64,000 bases of DNA from Oscillospiraceae bacterium (GTDB lineage Bacteria > Bacillota > Clostridia > Oscillospirales > Oscillospiraceae). The first letter of the stretch is position 1, and each line of letters begins with the position of its first letter. Below are positions 19,128-27,662 of the stretch, one piece after another. The notes beneath the pieces were generated by a model, which had not been told where the DNA came from, did not search any database, and was given only the letters and a program-made list of their open reading frames with translations. The position numbers and the translations under genes are program-made. The stretch is from assembly GCA_017408915.1 (NCBI GenBank), contig JAFQTS010000032.1, positions 11,507 through 75,506 on the forward strand, given 5' to 3'.

Positions 19128-19701
19128 TCGCGCTGAGTTTGTTCTCTCCGCCGTCAATGCAGCCAATTTCGTCCGCGACGGTCGCCCCCAGGTGACCTTT
19201 GCAGGCCGTTCCAACGTGGGTAAGTCCTCGGTTATCAACCGCATCTTGAACCGCAAGAACTTCGCCCGCGTGGGTGCAACTCCCGGTAAGACGACCCAGA
19301 TCAACTATTTCCGCATCGATGATAAAATCTACTTCACCGACCTGCCCGGTTACGGCTACGCCAAGGTCTCCAAAGGCGAGCGTGACCGCTGGGGCATGCT
19401 GATGGAGCGGTATTTCGCCGAGGCGGGCTTGGTAACGCTAGGCGTGCTGATCGTGGATGCCCGCCATAAGCCTACCGCCGACGATATCACCATGTGCGAC
19501 TATTTTAAGTCCACTGGCTGTCCCCTCATCGTGGTGGCAAACAAACTGGATAAGCTGAAAAAGAGCGAGATCGAGCCTAACATCGCCCGCGTCCGCGAAA
19601 CGCTGGAGTTGGACGAGTCTGTGATTTTGATCCCGTTCTCTGCTGAGAAGGGCATCGGCAAAACGGAGCTTATCTCCGCCATTGAGCAATATTGCGGCTA
19701 A
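19111..19701 (+). CDS. engB: Ribosome biogenesis GTP-binding protein YihA/YsxC
   Basis: GRSNVGKSS, PGKT, DLPGYG and NKLD. Confidence 0.96.
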   Translation: MGINFNRAEFVLSAVNAANFVRDGRPQVTFAGRSNVGKSSVINRILNRKNFARVGATPGKTTQINYFRIDDKIYFTDLPGYGYAKVSKGERDRWGMLMERYFAEAGLVTLGVLIVDARHKPTADDITMCDYFKSTGCPLIVVANKLDKLKKSEIEPNIARVRETLELDESVILIPFSAEKGIGKTELISAIEQYCG

Positions 19702-19703
19702 AT

Positions 19704-19742
19704 AAGAAAGAGTCGAGGATATTTCCTCGGCTCTTTTTCTTT
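19704..19742 (+). terminator. Terminator after engB
   Basis: AAAGAGTCGAGGA-tatt-TCCTCGGCTCTTTTT. Confidence 0.75.
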
Positions 19743-19746
19743 TAGT

Positions 19747-19774
19747 ACCGTTATCCGTAAAAAAGTACAACGCT
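19747..19774. promoter_or_regulatory. ModE-type operator upstream of the xdh promoter
   Basis: ACCGTTAT-N12-ACAACGCT (28 bp), ending 15 bp upstream of TTGCGA(19790)-17-TATAAT(19813); 20/28 identical to 39001-39028. Confidence 0.65.
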
Positions 19775-19892
19775 ATTTCATAGAAGCTATTGCGAAAACC
19801 AAATAAAAGTTGTATAATGATTACAAATTTTTAGGTAATTTTAACAGCATGTGTCGAAACCCCATTTTCGTTGAAAGAAGGAGAGCGGCAAG

Positions 19893-22478
19893 ATGGCAAC
19901 TTTTATTGTGAACGGCAAGAGTGTTACCGTGGAGAAGAATCAGAAGCTGATTCGTTTTCTCCGCGATGAATTGCATCTGACCTCCGTCAAGGACGGCTGC
20001 AGCGAGGGTGCTTGCGGCACGTGCCACGTCCTCATTGACGGCAAGCCCACCAAGGCCTGTATTCCGCAGACCGATAAGCTGGAAGGGAAGACCATCCAGA
20101 CGGTGGAGGGCTTGAGTGATTGGGAAAAGGAGGTCTACACCTTCGCTTTCGGCGAGGCGGGCGCTGTGCAGTGCGGCTTCTGCATCCCCGGTATGGTGAT
20201 CTCTGCCAAGGCGCTGCTGGATGTGAACAATAACCCCACCCGCGAAGAGGCAGCCTTTGCCATCCGCAATAATATCTGCCGCTGCACCGGCTATGTGAAG
20301 ATCATTGATGCCATTTTGCTGGCAGGCAAGATCTTTCGCGAGGGAAAGCTGCCTGTGGCTTCCGAGGACGACTGGCAGATGGGCAGCCGTGTCCACCGTC
20401 TCGATGTAGAGGAGAAGGTGCTGGGCTACGGTCAGTATCCCGACGATGTGTATGTGGATGGCATGTGCTACGGTGTTGCCGTCCGCTCCAAGTACGCCCG
20501 TGCCCGTGTGCTGTCCATCGACACCTCCGAGGCGGAGGCATTGGAGGGCGTGGTGGCTGTGCTGACCCAGAAGGATATTCCCGGTAAGGTGAATGTGGGT
20601 CATATTAAGAAGGATCAGCCCACCCTTATCGGTGTGGGCGAGATCACCCACTATTTGGGCGACAGTGTTGCCTTAATCTGCGCTGTGGATATGGAGACCG
20701 CCAATCGCGCCCGCGACTTGGTGAAGGTGGAGTACGAGGTATTGCCCGCCGTCCGTAGCATCGAAGAGGCCAAGGCGGAGAACGCCCCGCTGGTCTTTGA
20801 AGAGGACGAGAATAACGTGCAGGCACATAAGCACGTAAAGCGCGGCGATGCCGATGGTGCAATCGCCAAGTCTAAGTATGTGATTACCGAGCATTTCTCC
20901 ACGCCTTGGACGGAGCATGCGTTCTTGGAGCCCGAGTGCTGCGTGGCGCTGCCTATGGATAATGGCGGCGTAAAGCTGCTGACCACCGATCAGAGCGCTC
21001 ATACCACCCTCCACGAGTGCGCCTCTATGCTGGGCGTGGACTATGACCACTGCCACGTGCAGAATATGCTGGTAGGCGGCGGTTTCGGCGGCAAGGAGGA
21101 TATGTCGGTGCAGCATCATGCAGCACTGCTGACCTATGTGACCCGCCGTCCCGTGAAGATGAAGCTCACTCGCGCCGAGTCCATCCTCGTTCATCCCAAG
21201 CGTCACCACATGGAGATTGACCTAACCATGGGCTGCGATGAAAACGGCATGATTCAGGGCGTGAAGGCTTTCGTGGAGTCCGATACGGGCGCATTCGCTT
21301 CCTTGGGTGGCCCTGTGCTGGAGCGCGCCTGCACCCACGCAGCAGGCCCTTACGCCTACGAGAATTTTGAGATCGAGGGCTATGCCTACTATACCAACAA
21401 TCCTCCCGCCGGTGCGTTCCGTGGCTTCGGCGTGACCCAGACCTGCTTTGCCACCGAAACGGTGCTGAACATGATGGCGGAGAAGATCGGTATCTCTCCT
21501 TGGGAGATCCGTATGCGCAATGCCATCCGTCCCGGCGGCGTGCTGCCCAACGGTCAGATCGTGGATGGTGCCACCGGCCTCGTGGAGACATTGGAGGCCA
21601 TCAAGCCCGCCTATGATGCCGCCGTGGCAGCAGGGGAGCCTGTGGGTCTTGCCTGTGCCATGAAGAATGCAGGCGTTGGCGTTGGCCTTGCCGACTGGGG
21701 CCGCTGCAAGCTCATTGTGGAGGAGGATGGCAAGCTCCACATCTATGCCGGTGCTTCCTGCATTGGACAGGGCCTTGGTACGGTGTTGGTACAGCTGACC
21801 GTCACCTATACAGGCCTCAAGCGTGAGGACATCGTCTACGAGCGCAGCAATACGTGGATCGCACCCGACTCCGGCGATACCTCCGGCAGCCGTCAGACTC
21901 TCGTCACCGGTGAGGCATTGCGCCGCGCCGCTGAGAGCCTGCGTGAAGAATTGAATAGCGGCAAAACGCTGGATGATCTCAAGGGCAGAGAATTCTACGG
22001 TGAATACCTCGCCAAGACCGATCCTCTCGGCGCTGATGTACCCAACCCCGTCAGCCATGTGGCTTACGGCTATGCGACGCAGATGTGCATCCTCGATAAG
22101 GAGACGGGACGCATCAAGAGCATGCTGGCAGCCCACGACGTGGGTAAGGCGGTCAATCCCCTCAGTGTGGAGGGTCAGATCGACGGCGGCGTGGTCATGT
22201 CTATGGGCTACGCCTTGACGGAGAAGTTCCCCATCGATGAGAACTGCAAGCCCACCGCCAAATACGGCATGCTGGGTCTTTTCCGCGCCAATCAGATCCC
22301 GCCGGAGATCCGCGCCATCGTGGTGGAGAAGGCAGGTCTCGATGTGGCAGGCGGCGCTAAGGGTATCGGTGAGATCACCTCGATCCCCACAGCGCCCGCC
22401 ATCGCCGAAGCCTACTATCAGCGTAACGGTGAGCGTGAGTTTGCCCTGCCGCTGAAGAATACTCCCTACGCAAAGTAA
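19893..22478 (+). CDS. xdh: Selenium-dependent xanthine dehydrogenase (fused 2Fe-2S and Mo-binding domains)
   Basis: GCSEGACGTC, QCGFC and CRCTGY Fe-S motifs; GGGFGGK, AFRGFG and AHDVG; 861 aa; selD/yqeB operon nearby. Confidence 0.9.
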   Translation: MATFIVNGKSVTVEKNQKLIRFLRDELHLTSVKDGCSEGACGTCHVLIDGKPTKACIPQTDKLEGKTIQTVEGLSDWEKEVYTFAFGEAGAVQCGFCIPGMVISAKALLDVNNNPTREEAAFAIRNNICRCTGYVKIIDAILLAGKIFREGKLPVASEDDWQMGSRVHRLDVEEKVLGYGQYPDDVYVDGMCYGVAVRSKYARARVLSIDTSEAEALEGVVAVLTQKDIPGKVNVGHIKKDQPTLIGVGEITHYLGDSVALICAVDMETANRARDLVKVEYEVLPAVRSIEEAKAENAPLVFEEDENNVQAHKHVKRGDADGAIAKSKYVITEHFSTPWTEHAFLEPECCVALPMDNGGVKLLTTDQSAHTTLHECASMLGVDYDHCHVQNMLVGGGFGGKEDMSVQHHAALLTYVTRRPVKMKLTRAESILVHPKRHHMEIDLTMGCDENGMIQGVKAFVESDTGAFASLGGPVLERACTHAAGPYAYENFEIEGYAYYTNNPPAGAFRGFGVTQTCFATETVLNMMAEKIGISPWEIRMRNAIRPGGVLPNGQIVDGATGLVETLEAIKPAYDAAVAAGEPVGLACAMKNAGVGVGLADWGRCKLIVEEDGKLHIYAGASCIGQGLGTVLVQLTVTYTGLKREDIVYERSNTWIAPDSGDTSGSRQTLVTGEALRRAAESLREELNSGKTLDDLKGREFYGEYLAKTDPLGADVPNPVSHVAYGYATQMCILDKETGRIKSMLAAHDVGKAVNPLSVEGQIDGGVVMSMGYALTEKFPIDENCKPTAKYGMLGLFRANQIPPEIRAIVVEKAGLDVAGGAKGIGEITSIPTAPAIAEAYYQRNGEREFALPLKNTPYAK

Positions 22479-22480
22479 GA

Positions 22481-22518
22481 AAAAACGGGGGTCACGAGCC
22501 CTCGTGACCTCCGTTTTT
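22481..22518. terminator. Bidirectional terminator between xdh and mocA
   Basis: AAAAACGGGGGTCACGAG-cc-CTCGTGACCTCCGTTTTT. Confidence 0.8.
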
Positions 22519-22519
22519 G

Positions 22520-23089
22520 TCATTTCTTGATTTGTTTTAGTGATTCCTGTGTGTCTACATCCCACAGTTCTTCCTTTGCCACTTCCAACATGATAACATC
22601 TTCCTCATGATTTCTCCGGACGGCACGACCGCCGCAATCACCCTCCAAGGCGAGGAGTTCATCAAAGAATCGGGCAGGGAAGATGCAGGGATTGCCCTTC
22701 ACTCCATCGTGGCTCAGTGCAGCGATGGAAGCAGGGGAGTGGCGGTAGAGATTGAGAAGCTGCTCCACCGTTTCGCGGCGCAGCAGGGGTTGGTCTGCCA
22801 CTTGGAACAGCGCCGCATCGCAATCTTCCACGGCGCGCAGTCCCAATTTCAGCGAATGGCTCTGTCCCCATTCGGGATGGGCGTTGATAATTGGTGTAAA
22901 GGAAAACTCCTTTGCAAGTTCGACTATCTCGGGATATTGGGTGACCACTACAATAGGAGAGACCTGATCTGAAGGAACTGCTTCCAGTGCGCGGAGAATG
23001 AGGCTTTTGCCCTCCACCGTATGATGGAGCTTGTTCTCGCCAAAGCGTGCGGCGTTACCCGCCGCCATCACAACGCAGCCGATTTTCAT
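22520..23089 (-). CDS. mocA: Molybdenum cofactor cytidylyltransferase (MocA/YgfJ-like nucleotidyltransferase)
   Basis: MAAGNAARFGENKL, GQSHS, ADQP, GNPCIF, GDCGGR and DVDT; lies between Mo hydroxylase genes; alternative start at 23116. Confidence 0.85.
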   Translation of the reverse strand: MKIGCVVMAAGNAARFGENKLHHTVEGKSLILRALEAVPSDQVSPIVVVTQYPEIVELAKEFSFTPIINAHPEWGQSHSLKLGLRAVEDCDAALFQVADQPLLRRETVEQLLNLYRHSPASIAALSHDGVKGNPCIFPARFFDELLALEGDCGGRAVRRNHEEDVIMLEVAKEELWDVDTQESLKQIKK

Positions 23090-23297
23090 GGAGCCAACCC
23101 CTTTCATTCCTGTCATTGGCGATAGTATACCCGTTTTTTTGCAAAACTGTCAATAATAAGTGCTGAGATTCTACGACCAAAAAGGACAAAAACACTTTTC
23201 AATAAAGTATAGTTGTGGTATAATCTACGGAAAAGTCAGAGATAAGTAAAATTTATAATAGAATGGATATAGAACCATGAGTAAGGAGGAATACCTT

Positions 23298-25592
23298 ATG
23301 GGTGAAGTAGGCAAGAAGCAAGTTCGTGTTGACGGCTACGATAAAGCCACAGGCCGAACCAAATACTATGAAGATTTGATGCCCAGAGACGCGCTGTATG
23401 CCCGCATCAAGCACTCTGAGATCGCCCACGGTTATGTCAAGAGCGTGGACACCTCTGCCGCCGAGGCTATTGATGGCGTGGTGAAGGTGCTGACGTGCTT
23501 TGACGTGCCCGACATTCCGTTCCCCACGGCAGGACACCCTTGGTCTATGGACCCCGGTCATCAGGACGTGGCGGATCGTCTGCTGCTGAATCGTCATGTG
23601 CGCTACTATGGCGACGATGTGGCGGTGGTCATCGCGGAGAACGAAGTGGCTGCCATGCAGGGCGTGCGGGCACTAAAGGTGGAGTATGAAGAGCTGCCCT
23701 TCGTGCTGGATGTGCAGAAGGCTATGGAAGAGGGCGCACCTCAGCTCCACGAGGCATATCCGGGCAACATCTTAAAGCACACCGATATGCGCAAGGGCGA
23801 CTATGCCGCCGCTATTACGGAAGAAGGCCTCATTAAGGTGGAGGGCTGGTACGATACGCCCAGTGTGCAGCACTGCCACATTGAGAACTTCGGCTGCTTT
23901 GCATACGAGGAGAACGGTCGCGTGACGGTGGTGTCCTCTACCCAGATCCCCCATATCATTCGCCGTGTGGTAGGTCAGGCGCTGGGTCGTCCTTGGGCCA
24001 ACATCCGTATTATCAAGCCCTACATCGGCGGCGGCTTCGGCAACAAGCAGGATGCCCTCTATGAGCCGTTGTGCGCTTGGTGCTCTACGCAGGTGGGCGG
24101 TCGCTGCGTCCGCGTGGACTGCTCCCGTGAGGAGACCTTTGTGTCCAACCGTGTGCGTCATGCTATCCGCTTCCATATCGTCTCTTGGGTACGACCCGAC
24201 GGCACCATGGCGGCGCGTAAGGTGGAGTGCTTCTCCAATCAGGGCAGCTACGCCTCCCACGGTCACTCCATCGTTGCCAAGGCTATGGGCTCTTTCGCAC
24301 AGATCTATCCCTGTGATCACATGGAGTGTGATGCGTGGACGGTGTTTACCAACCGTCCCACCGCAGGCGCTATGCGCGGCTACGGTATGCCTCAGGCATC
24401 CTTTGCCAACGAGGCTAATATTGATGACATTGCCAAGGCGCTGAACATCGACCCGCTGGCCCTGCGTGAGAAGATCATCATGCCCAAGGGCTTCCGCGAT
24501 GCCTTCTCGCAGAACGAGAACTATGAGGATAGCTTCCGCCAGTGCCTTGAAAAGGGCAAGGCCTACATCGACTATGATCGCAAGGTGGCGGAGTTTGCCA
24601 AGGATACAGGCCCTATCCGCCGCGGTATCGGTGTGGCGGCCTTCTGGTACAATACAGGTGTCTATCCCATCTCCTTGGAGACCAGCTCCAACCGTATGCT
24701 CCTCAACCTCGACGGCACAGTGACCATGCAGTGCGGTGAGACGGAGATCGGTCAGGGCGCAGATACTGCCTATGCGCAGATGACCGCCGATGTGGTGGGG
24801 CTCAAGAGCTACCGCGATGTGAATGTGGTGTCCTGTCAGGATACGGACATCACCCCCACGGGTCTCGGCGCTTACGCCAGCCGTCAGACCTATATGGCGG
24901 GCTTCTCCATCCGTCAGACGGGTGAGCTGCTGAAAAAGAAGATTCTCGAGTACGCCTGCGAGGTGACCCGTCAGACCGTGGGCAACATGGACATCGTGGA
25001 CGGCAACATCGTCCGTAAGCCCGATGGCCGCGTGCTGATGAGCCTCTCCGAGCTTGCCATGACAGCACAGTATAACCCCGTACATAGCGAGCATATCACC
25101 GCTGAGAGCACCTACACCATCCGCAACAACGCCTATTCCTTCGGCTGTACCTTCGTTGAGGTGGAAGTGGATGTGCCTATGTGCAAGGTGATGTTGAAGG
25201 ACATCGTCAATGTCCACGATTGCGGTCAGCTCATTAACCCCGCCCTCGCCGAGGCGCAGGTACACGGCGGTATGTCTATGGCTATCGGTTACGGTATGGG
25301 TGAGCAGCTGCTGTTTGATGAAAAGACAGGTAAGCCGCTGAACAACAACCTGCTGGACTACAAGCTCTCCACCATTATGGATCATCCCCACTTGGAGGCG
25401 CAGTTCGTGGAGAACTTCGAGCCCACCAGCCCCTTCGGCACGAAGGCACTGGGCGAGCCGCCCGCTTGCTCCGGCGCTCCCGCTATCCGCAACGCTATCT
25501 TGAACGCCACCGGCGTTTCTATCGATCAAAACCCCATGAATCCCCACATCCTCTTCAAGCGTTTCGCCGAAGAGGGCTTGCTGGCAGACTAA
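23298..25592 (+). CDS. xdhA: Xanthine dehydrogenase molybdenum-binding subunit
   Basis: TAGHPW, STQIPH, GGGFGNK, AMRGYG and KALGEP. Confidence 0.93.
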   Translation: MGEVGKKQVRVDGYDKATGRTKYYEDLMPRDALYARIKHSEIAHGYVKSVDTSAAEAIDGVVKVLTCFDVPDIPFPTAGHPWSMDPGHQDVADRLLLNRHVRYYGDDVAVVIAENEVAAMQGVRALKVEYEELPFVLDVQKAMEEGAPQLHEAYPGNILKHTDMRKGDYAAAITEEGLIKVEGWYDTPSVQHCHIENFGCFAYEENGRVTVVSSTQIPHIIRRVVGQALGRPWANIRIIKPYIGGGFGNKQDALYEPLCAWCSTQVGGRCVRVDCSREETFVSNRVRHAIRFHIVSWVRPDGTMAARKVECFSNQGSYASHGHSIVAKAMGSFAQIYPCDHMECDAWTVFTNRPTAGAMRGYGMPQASFANEANIDDIAKALNIDPLALREKIIMPKGFRDAFSQNENYEDSFRQCLEKGKAYIDYDRKVAEFAKDTGPIRRGIGVAAFWYNTGVYPISLETSSNRMLLNLDGTVTMQCGETEIGQGADTAYAQMTADVVGLKSYRDVNVVSCQDTDITPTGLGAYASRQTYMAGFSIRQTGELLKKKILEYACEVTRQTVGNMDIVDGNIVRKPDGRVLMSLSELAMTAQYNPVHSEHITAESTYTIRNNAYSFGCTFVEVEVDVPMCKVMLKDIVNVHDCGQLINPALAEAQVHGGMSMAIGYGMGEQLLFDEKTGKPLNNNLLDYKLSTIMDHPHLEAQFVENFEPTSPFGTKALGEPPACSGAPAIRNAILNATGVSIDQNPMNPHILFKRFAEEGLLAD

Positions 25593-25613
25593 GAAAGGGA
25601 GGGAAAAGAAGTT

Positions 25614-26501
25614 ATGTATGATATGTTAGCTTTGTATGAGGCTACCTCTGTAGCCGATGCCATTGCCCTCCGTTTGGAGCATCCCGAGGCACAGATCATT
25701 GCCGGCGGCACAGACGTGCTGGTGCAGATGCGTGAAGGCAAGCGGGCAGGGAAGGCCCTCATCAGCATTCAGAAGCTGGATGAAATGCGTGGCGTGACCA
25801 TCGATGAGGAGGAGAATATCCGCATCGGCAGCCTTACCAGCTTTACCCACATTACCAGCGACCCCATCATTCAGAAGTACATCAATGTACTGGGTGAGGC
25901 AGTAGATATGGTGGGCGGCCCGCAGATCCGCAATGCCGGTACCATCGGCGGCAACACCTGCAACGGTGTCACCTCTGCTGACTCCGCCTCCACCCTCCAT
26001 GCGTGGGAGGCCATGGTGGAGATCACCGGTAAGAACGGCGTGCGCCGCATTCCCATCCGCGATTTCTACATTAAGGCAGGTCAGGTGGACTTGAAGGTGG
26101 AGGAGGGCGAGATTCAGACCGCCATCCTTATTCCCAAGGCATCTTATGACCGCACCTATGGTCACTACATTAAGTACGCCATGCGTAACGCCATGGACAT
26201 TGCCACCCTTGGCACTTCCGTCAACGCCCGTCTGAGCGCCGATGGAAAGACCTTTGAGCGCGTCCGCATCGCCTTCGGCGTGGCAGGCCCTGTGCCAATG
26301 CGCGCCACCAATGCTGAGGCGTTCATCAACGGCAAGGAAGTGACCCTCGCCAACATTGAGGAGTTCGGCCGCAAGGTGCTGGAGGACATCAATCCCCGCG
26401 ACTCGTGGCGTGCTTCCAAGGCGTTCCGCTCCCACATCGCCGTGGAGAGCGCCAAGCGCTGCCTCATTGAGAGCGTGAAACTGGCAGGAGGTGAGCTGTA
26501 A
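25614..26501 (+). CDS. xdhB: Xanthine dehydrogenase FAD-binding subunit
   Basis: IAGGTD, QIRNAGTIGGN and RNAMDIA. Confidence 0.93.
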   Translation: MYDMLALYEATSVADAIALRLEHPEAQIIAGGTDVLVQMREGKRAGKALISIQKLDEMRGVTIDEEENIRIGSLTSFTHITSDPIIQKYINVLGEAVDMVGGPQIRNAGTIGGNTCNGVTSADSASTLHAWEAMVEITGKNGVRRIPIRDFYIKAGQVDLKVEEGEIQTAILIPKASYDRTYGHYIKYAMRNAMDIATLGTSVNARLSADGKTFERVRIAFGVAGPVPMRATNAEAFINGKEVTLANIEEFGRKVLEDINPRDSWRASKAFRSHIAVESAKRCLIESVKLAGGEL

Positions 26502-27013
26502 TGGCAAAGAATCAGTATAAGCTGGTCACCTGCACCATCAACGGCAGGGAAGTGGAGAAGATGGTGGATGTCCGCGCCTCTTTGACCGATATGCTCCGCA
26601 ACGACTTCAGCCTCACTTCCGTGAAGAAGGGCTGCGAAGTGGGCGAGTGCGGCGCTTGCAATGTGCTGATTGACGGCGAGTGCTTTAACTCCTGTCTCTA
26701 CCTCGCCGTGTGGGCTGAGGGCAAGAACATCACCACCTTGGAAGGCCTTACCGGCCCCAATGGTGAGCTGAGCGATATTCAGCAGGCCTTCATTGACGAG
26801 ACGGCGATCCAGTGCGGTTTCTGCACTCCCGGCTTTATCATGACGGCAGTGGAGATCCTCAATCGCGGTGTGGAGTACAGTGACGATGAACTGCGTAAGC
26901 TCCTCTCGGGGCACCTGTGCCGCTGCACCGGCTATGAGAACATCTTCAAAGCCGTGAAAAAGACCATGCTCCGCCGCCTTGGCAAGCTGGACGATCCCTA
27001 TCTCAATACTTGA
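26501..27013 (+). CDS. xdhC: Xanthine dehydrogenase 2Fe-2S subunit
   Basis: GCEVGECGAC, QCGFC and CRCTGY. Confidence 0.93.
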   Translation: MAKNQYKLVTCTINGREVEKMVDVRASLTDMLRNDFSLTSVKKGCEVGECGACNVLIDGECFNSCLYLAVWAEGKNITTLEGLTGPNGELSDIQQAFIDETAIQCGFCTPGFIMTAVEILNRGVEYSDDELRKLLSGHLCRCTGYENIFKAVKKTMLRRLGKLDDPYLNT

Positions 27014-27020
27014 TAGACGC

Positions 27021-27053
27021 AAAAACTCCCGCCCGCGAGGGTGGGAGTTTTTT
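27021..27053. terminator. Bidirectional terminator between xdhC and the ModE-like gene
   Basis: AAAAACTCCCGCCC-gcga-GGGTGGGAGTTTTTT. Confidence 0.8.
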
Positions 27054-27061
27054 ATGTTCAT

Positions 27062-27415
27062 TTATATTTTCCGCTCCAGCCAGCCGAAGGCGTCGTCAAA
27101 GATACTGTCGCCATAGTCCCGCATAGAGGCGCAGAAGCCCTCGTAGGCTGTCAGCAGCTTCACGGCATCTTCCGTGAGGTACGCGCCGCCGCCGCCCTTA
27201 CCGCCGGTAGAGGAGTGGAGGAGCTTGAAGCCCAATGCCGCCTCAGAATTGCGGATGATGTTCCACGCTTTGGAGTAGGCCATCTCCATCTCAGCTGCCG
27301 CAGCGCGCAGCGAATGAAGCCGATCCACCGTGTGGAGCAGCTGGGCAACGCCGGGGCCGAAACATTTCGTGTCAGTAAACAAACGGCATGTGAAGTTGTA
27401 TTTCATCTTATCCAT
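27062..27415 (-). CDS. modE: ModE-type winged-HTH regulator, N-terminal domain only
   Basis: FGPG..LL, SLRAAA.EM.MAYSKAW and TGGKGGGGA.LT; no molybdate-binding TOBE domains; start 27415 (or 27406) rather than 27484. Confidence 0.85.
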   Translation of the reverse strand: MDKMKYNFTCRLFTDTKCFGPGVAQLLHTVDRLHSLRAAAAEMEMAYSKAWNIIRNSEAALGFKLLHSSTGGKGGGGAYLTEDAVKLLTAYEGFCASMRDYGDSIFDDAFGWLERKI

Positions 27416-27421
27416 ATTATT

Positions 27422-27450
27422 ATTGTAACAGCTATATTTTCCTGCGTCAA
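27422..27450 (-). promoter_or_regulatory. Sigma-A promoter of the ModE-like gene, probably leaderless
   Basis: TTGACG-17-TACAAT, then 6 nt and the ATG at 27415; no Shine-Dalgarno. Confidence 0.6.
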
Positions 27451-27662
27451 CCGGTAGTTTTGCGAAATACGAGATGAGTTTCATTTGGGGAAAATTAACA
27501 TCGTCAATTCGTTCACAATATGAAAGAAAAGTGGAAAAATTTTGTCATTTATCCTAATATCAATCTGGATAAAATTATGCTATAATGACCCAAAATCAAT
27601 AATGGGGGACAATCGGAAACTTTTGATTTTACGAAGTCCCACGAACTATAGGAGGTTACTAT

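Noticed and set aside
16776-19304. Long antisense ORFs, e.g. 842 aa opposite lon, 609 aa opposite the radical SAM gene, 631 aa opposite pckA and 591 aa opposite xdhA
   Set aside because: They shadow well-supported genes and are an expected by-product of GC-biased codon usage; they have no RBS or recognisable motifs
27604-27641. GGGAC...GTCCC hairpin in the pckA leader as a riboswitch
   Set aside because: It is short, has no recognisable aptamer motif and has no terminator or anti-SD platform
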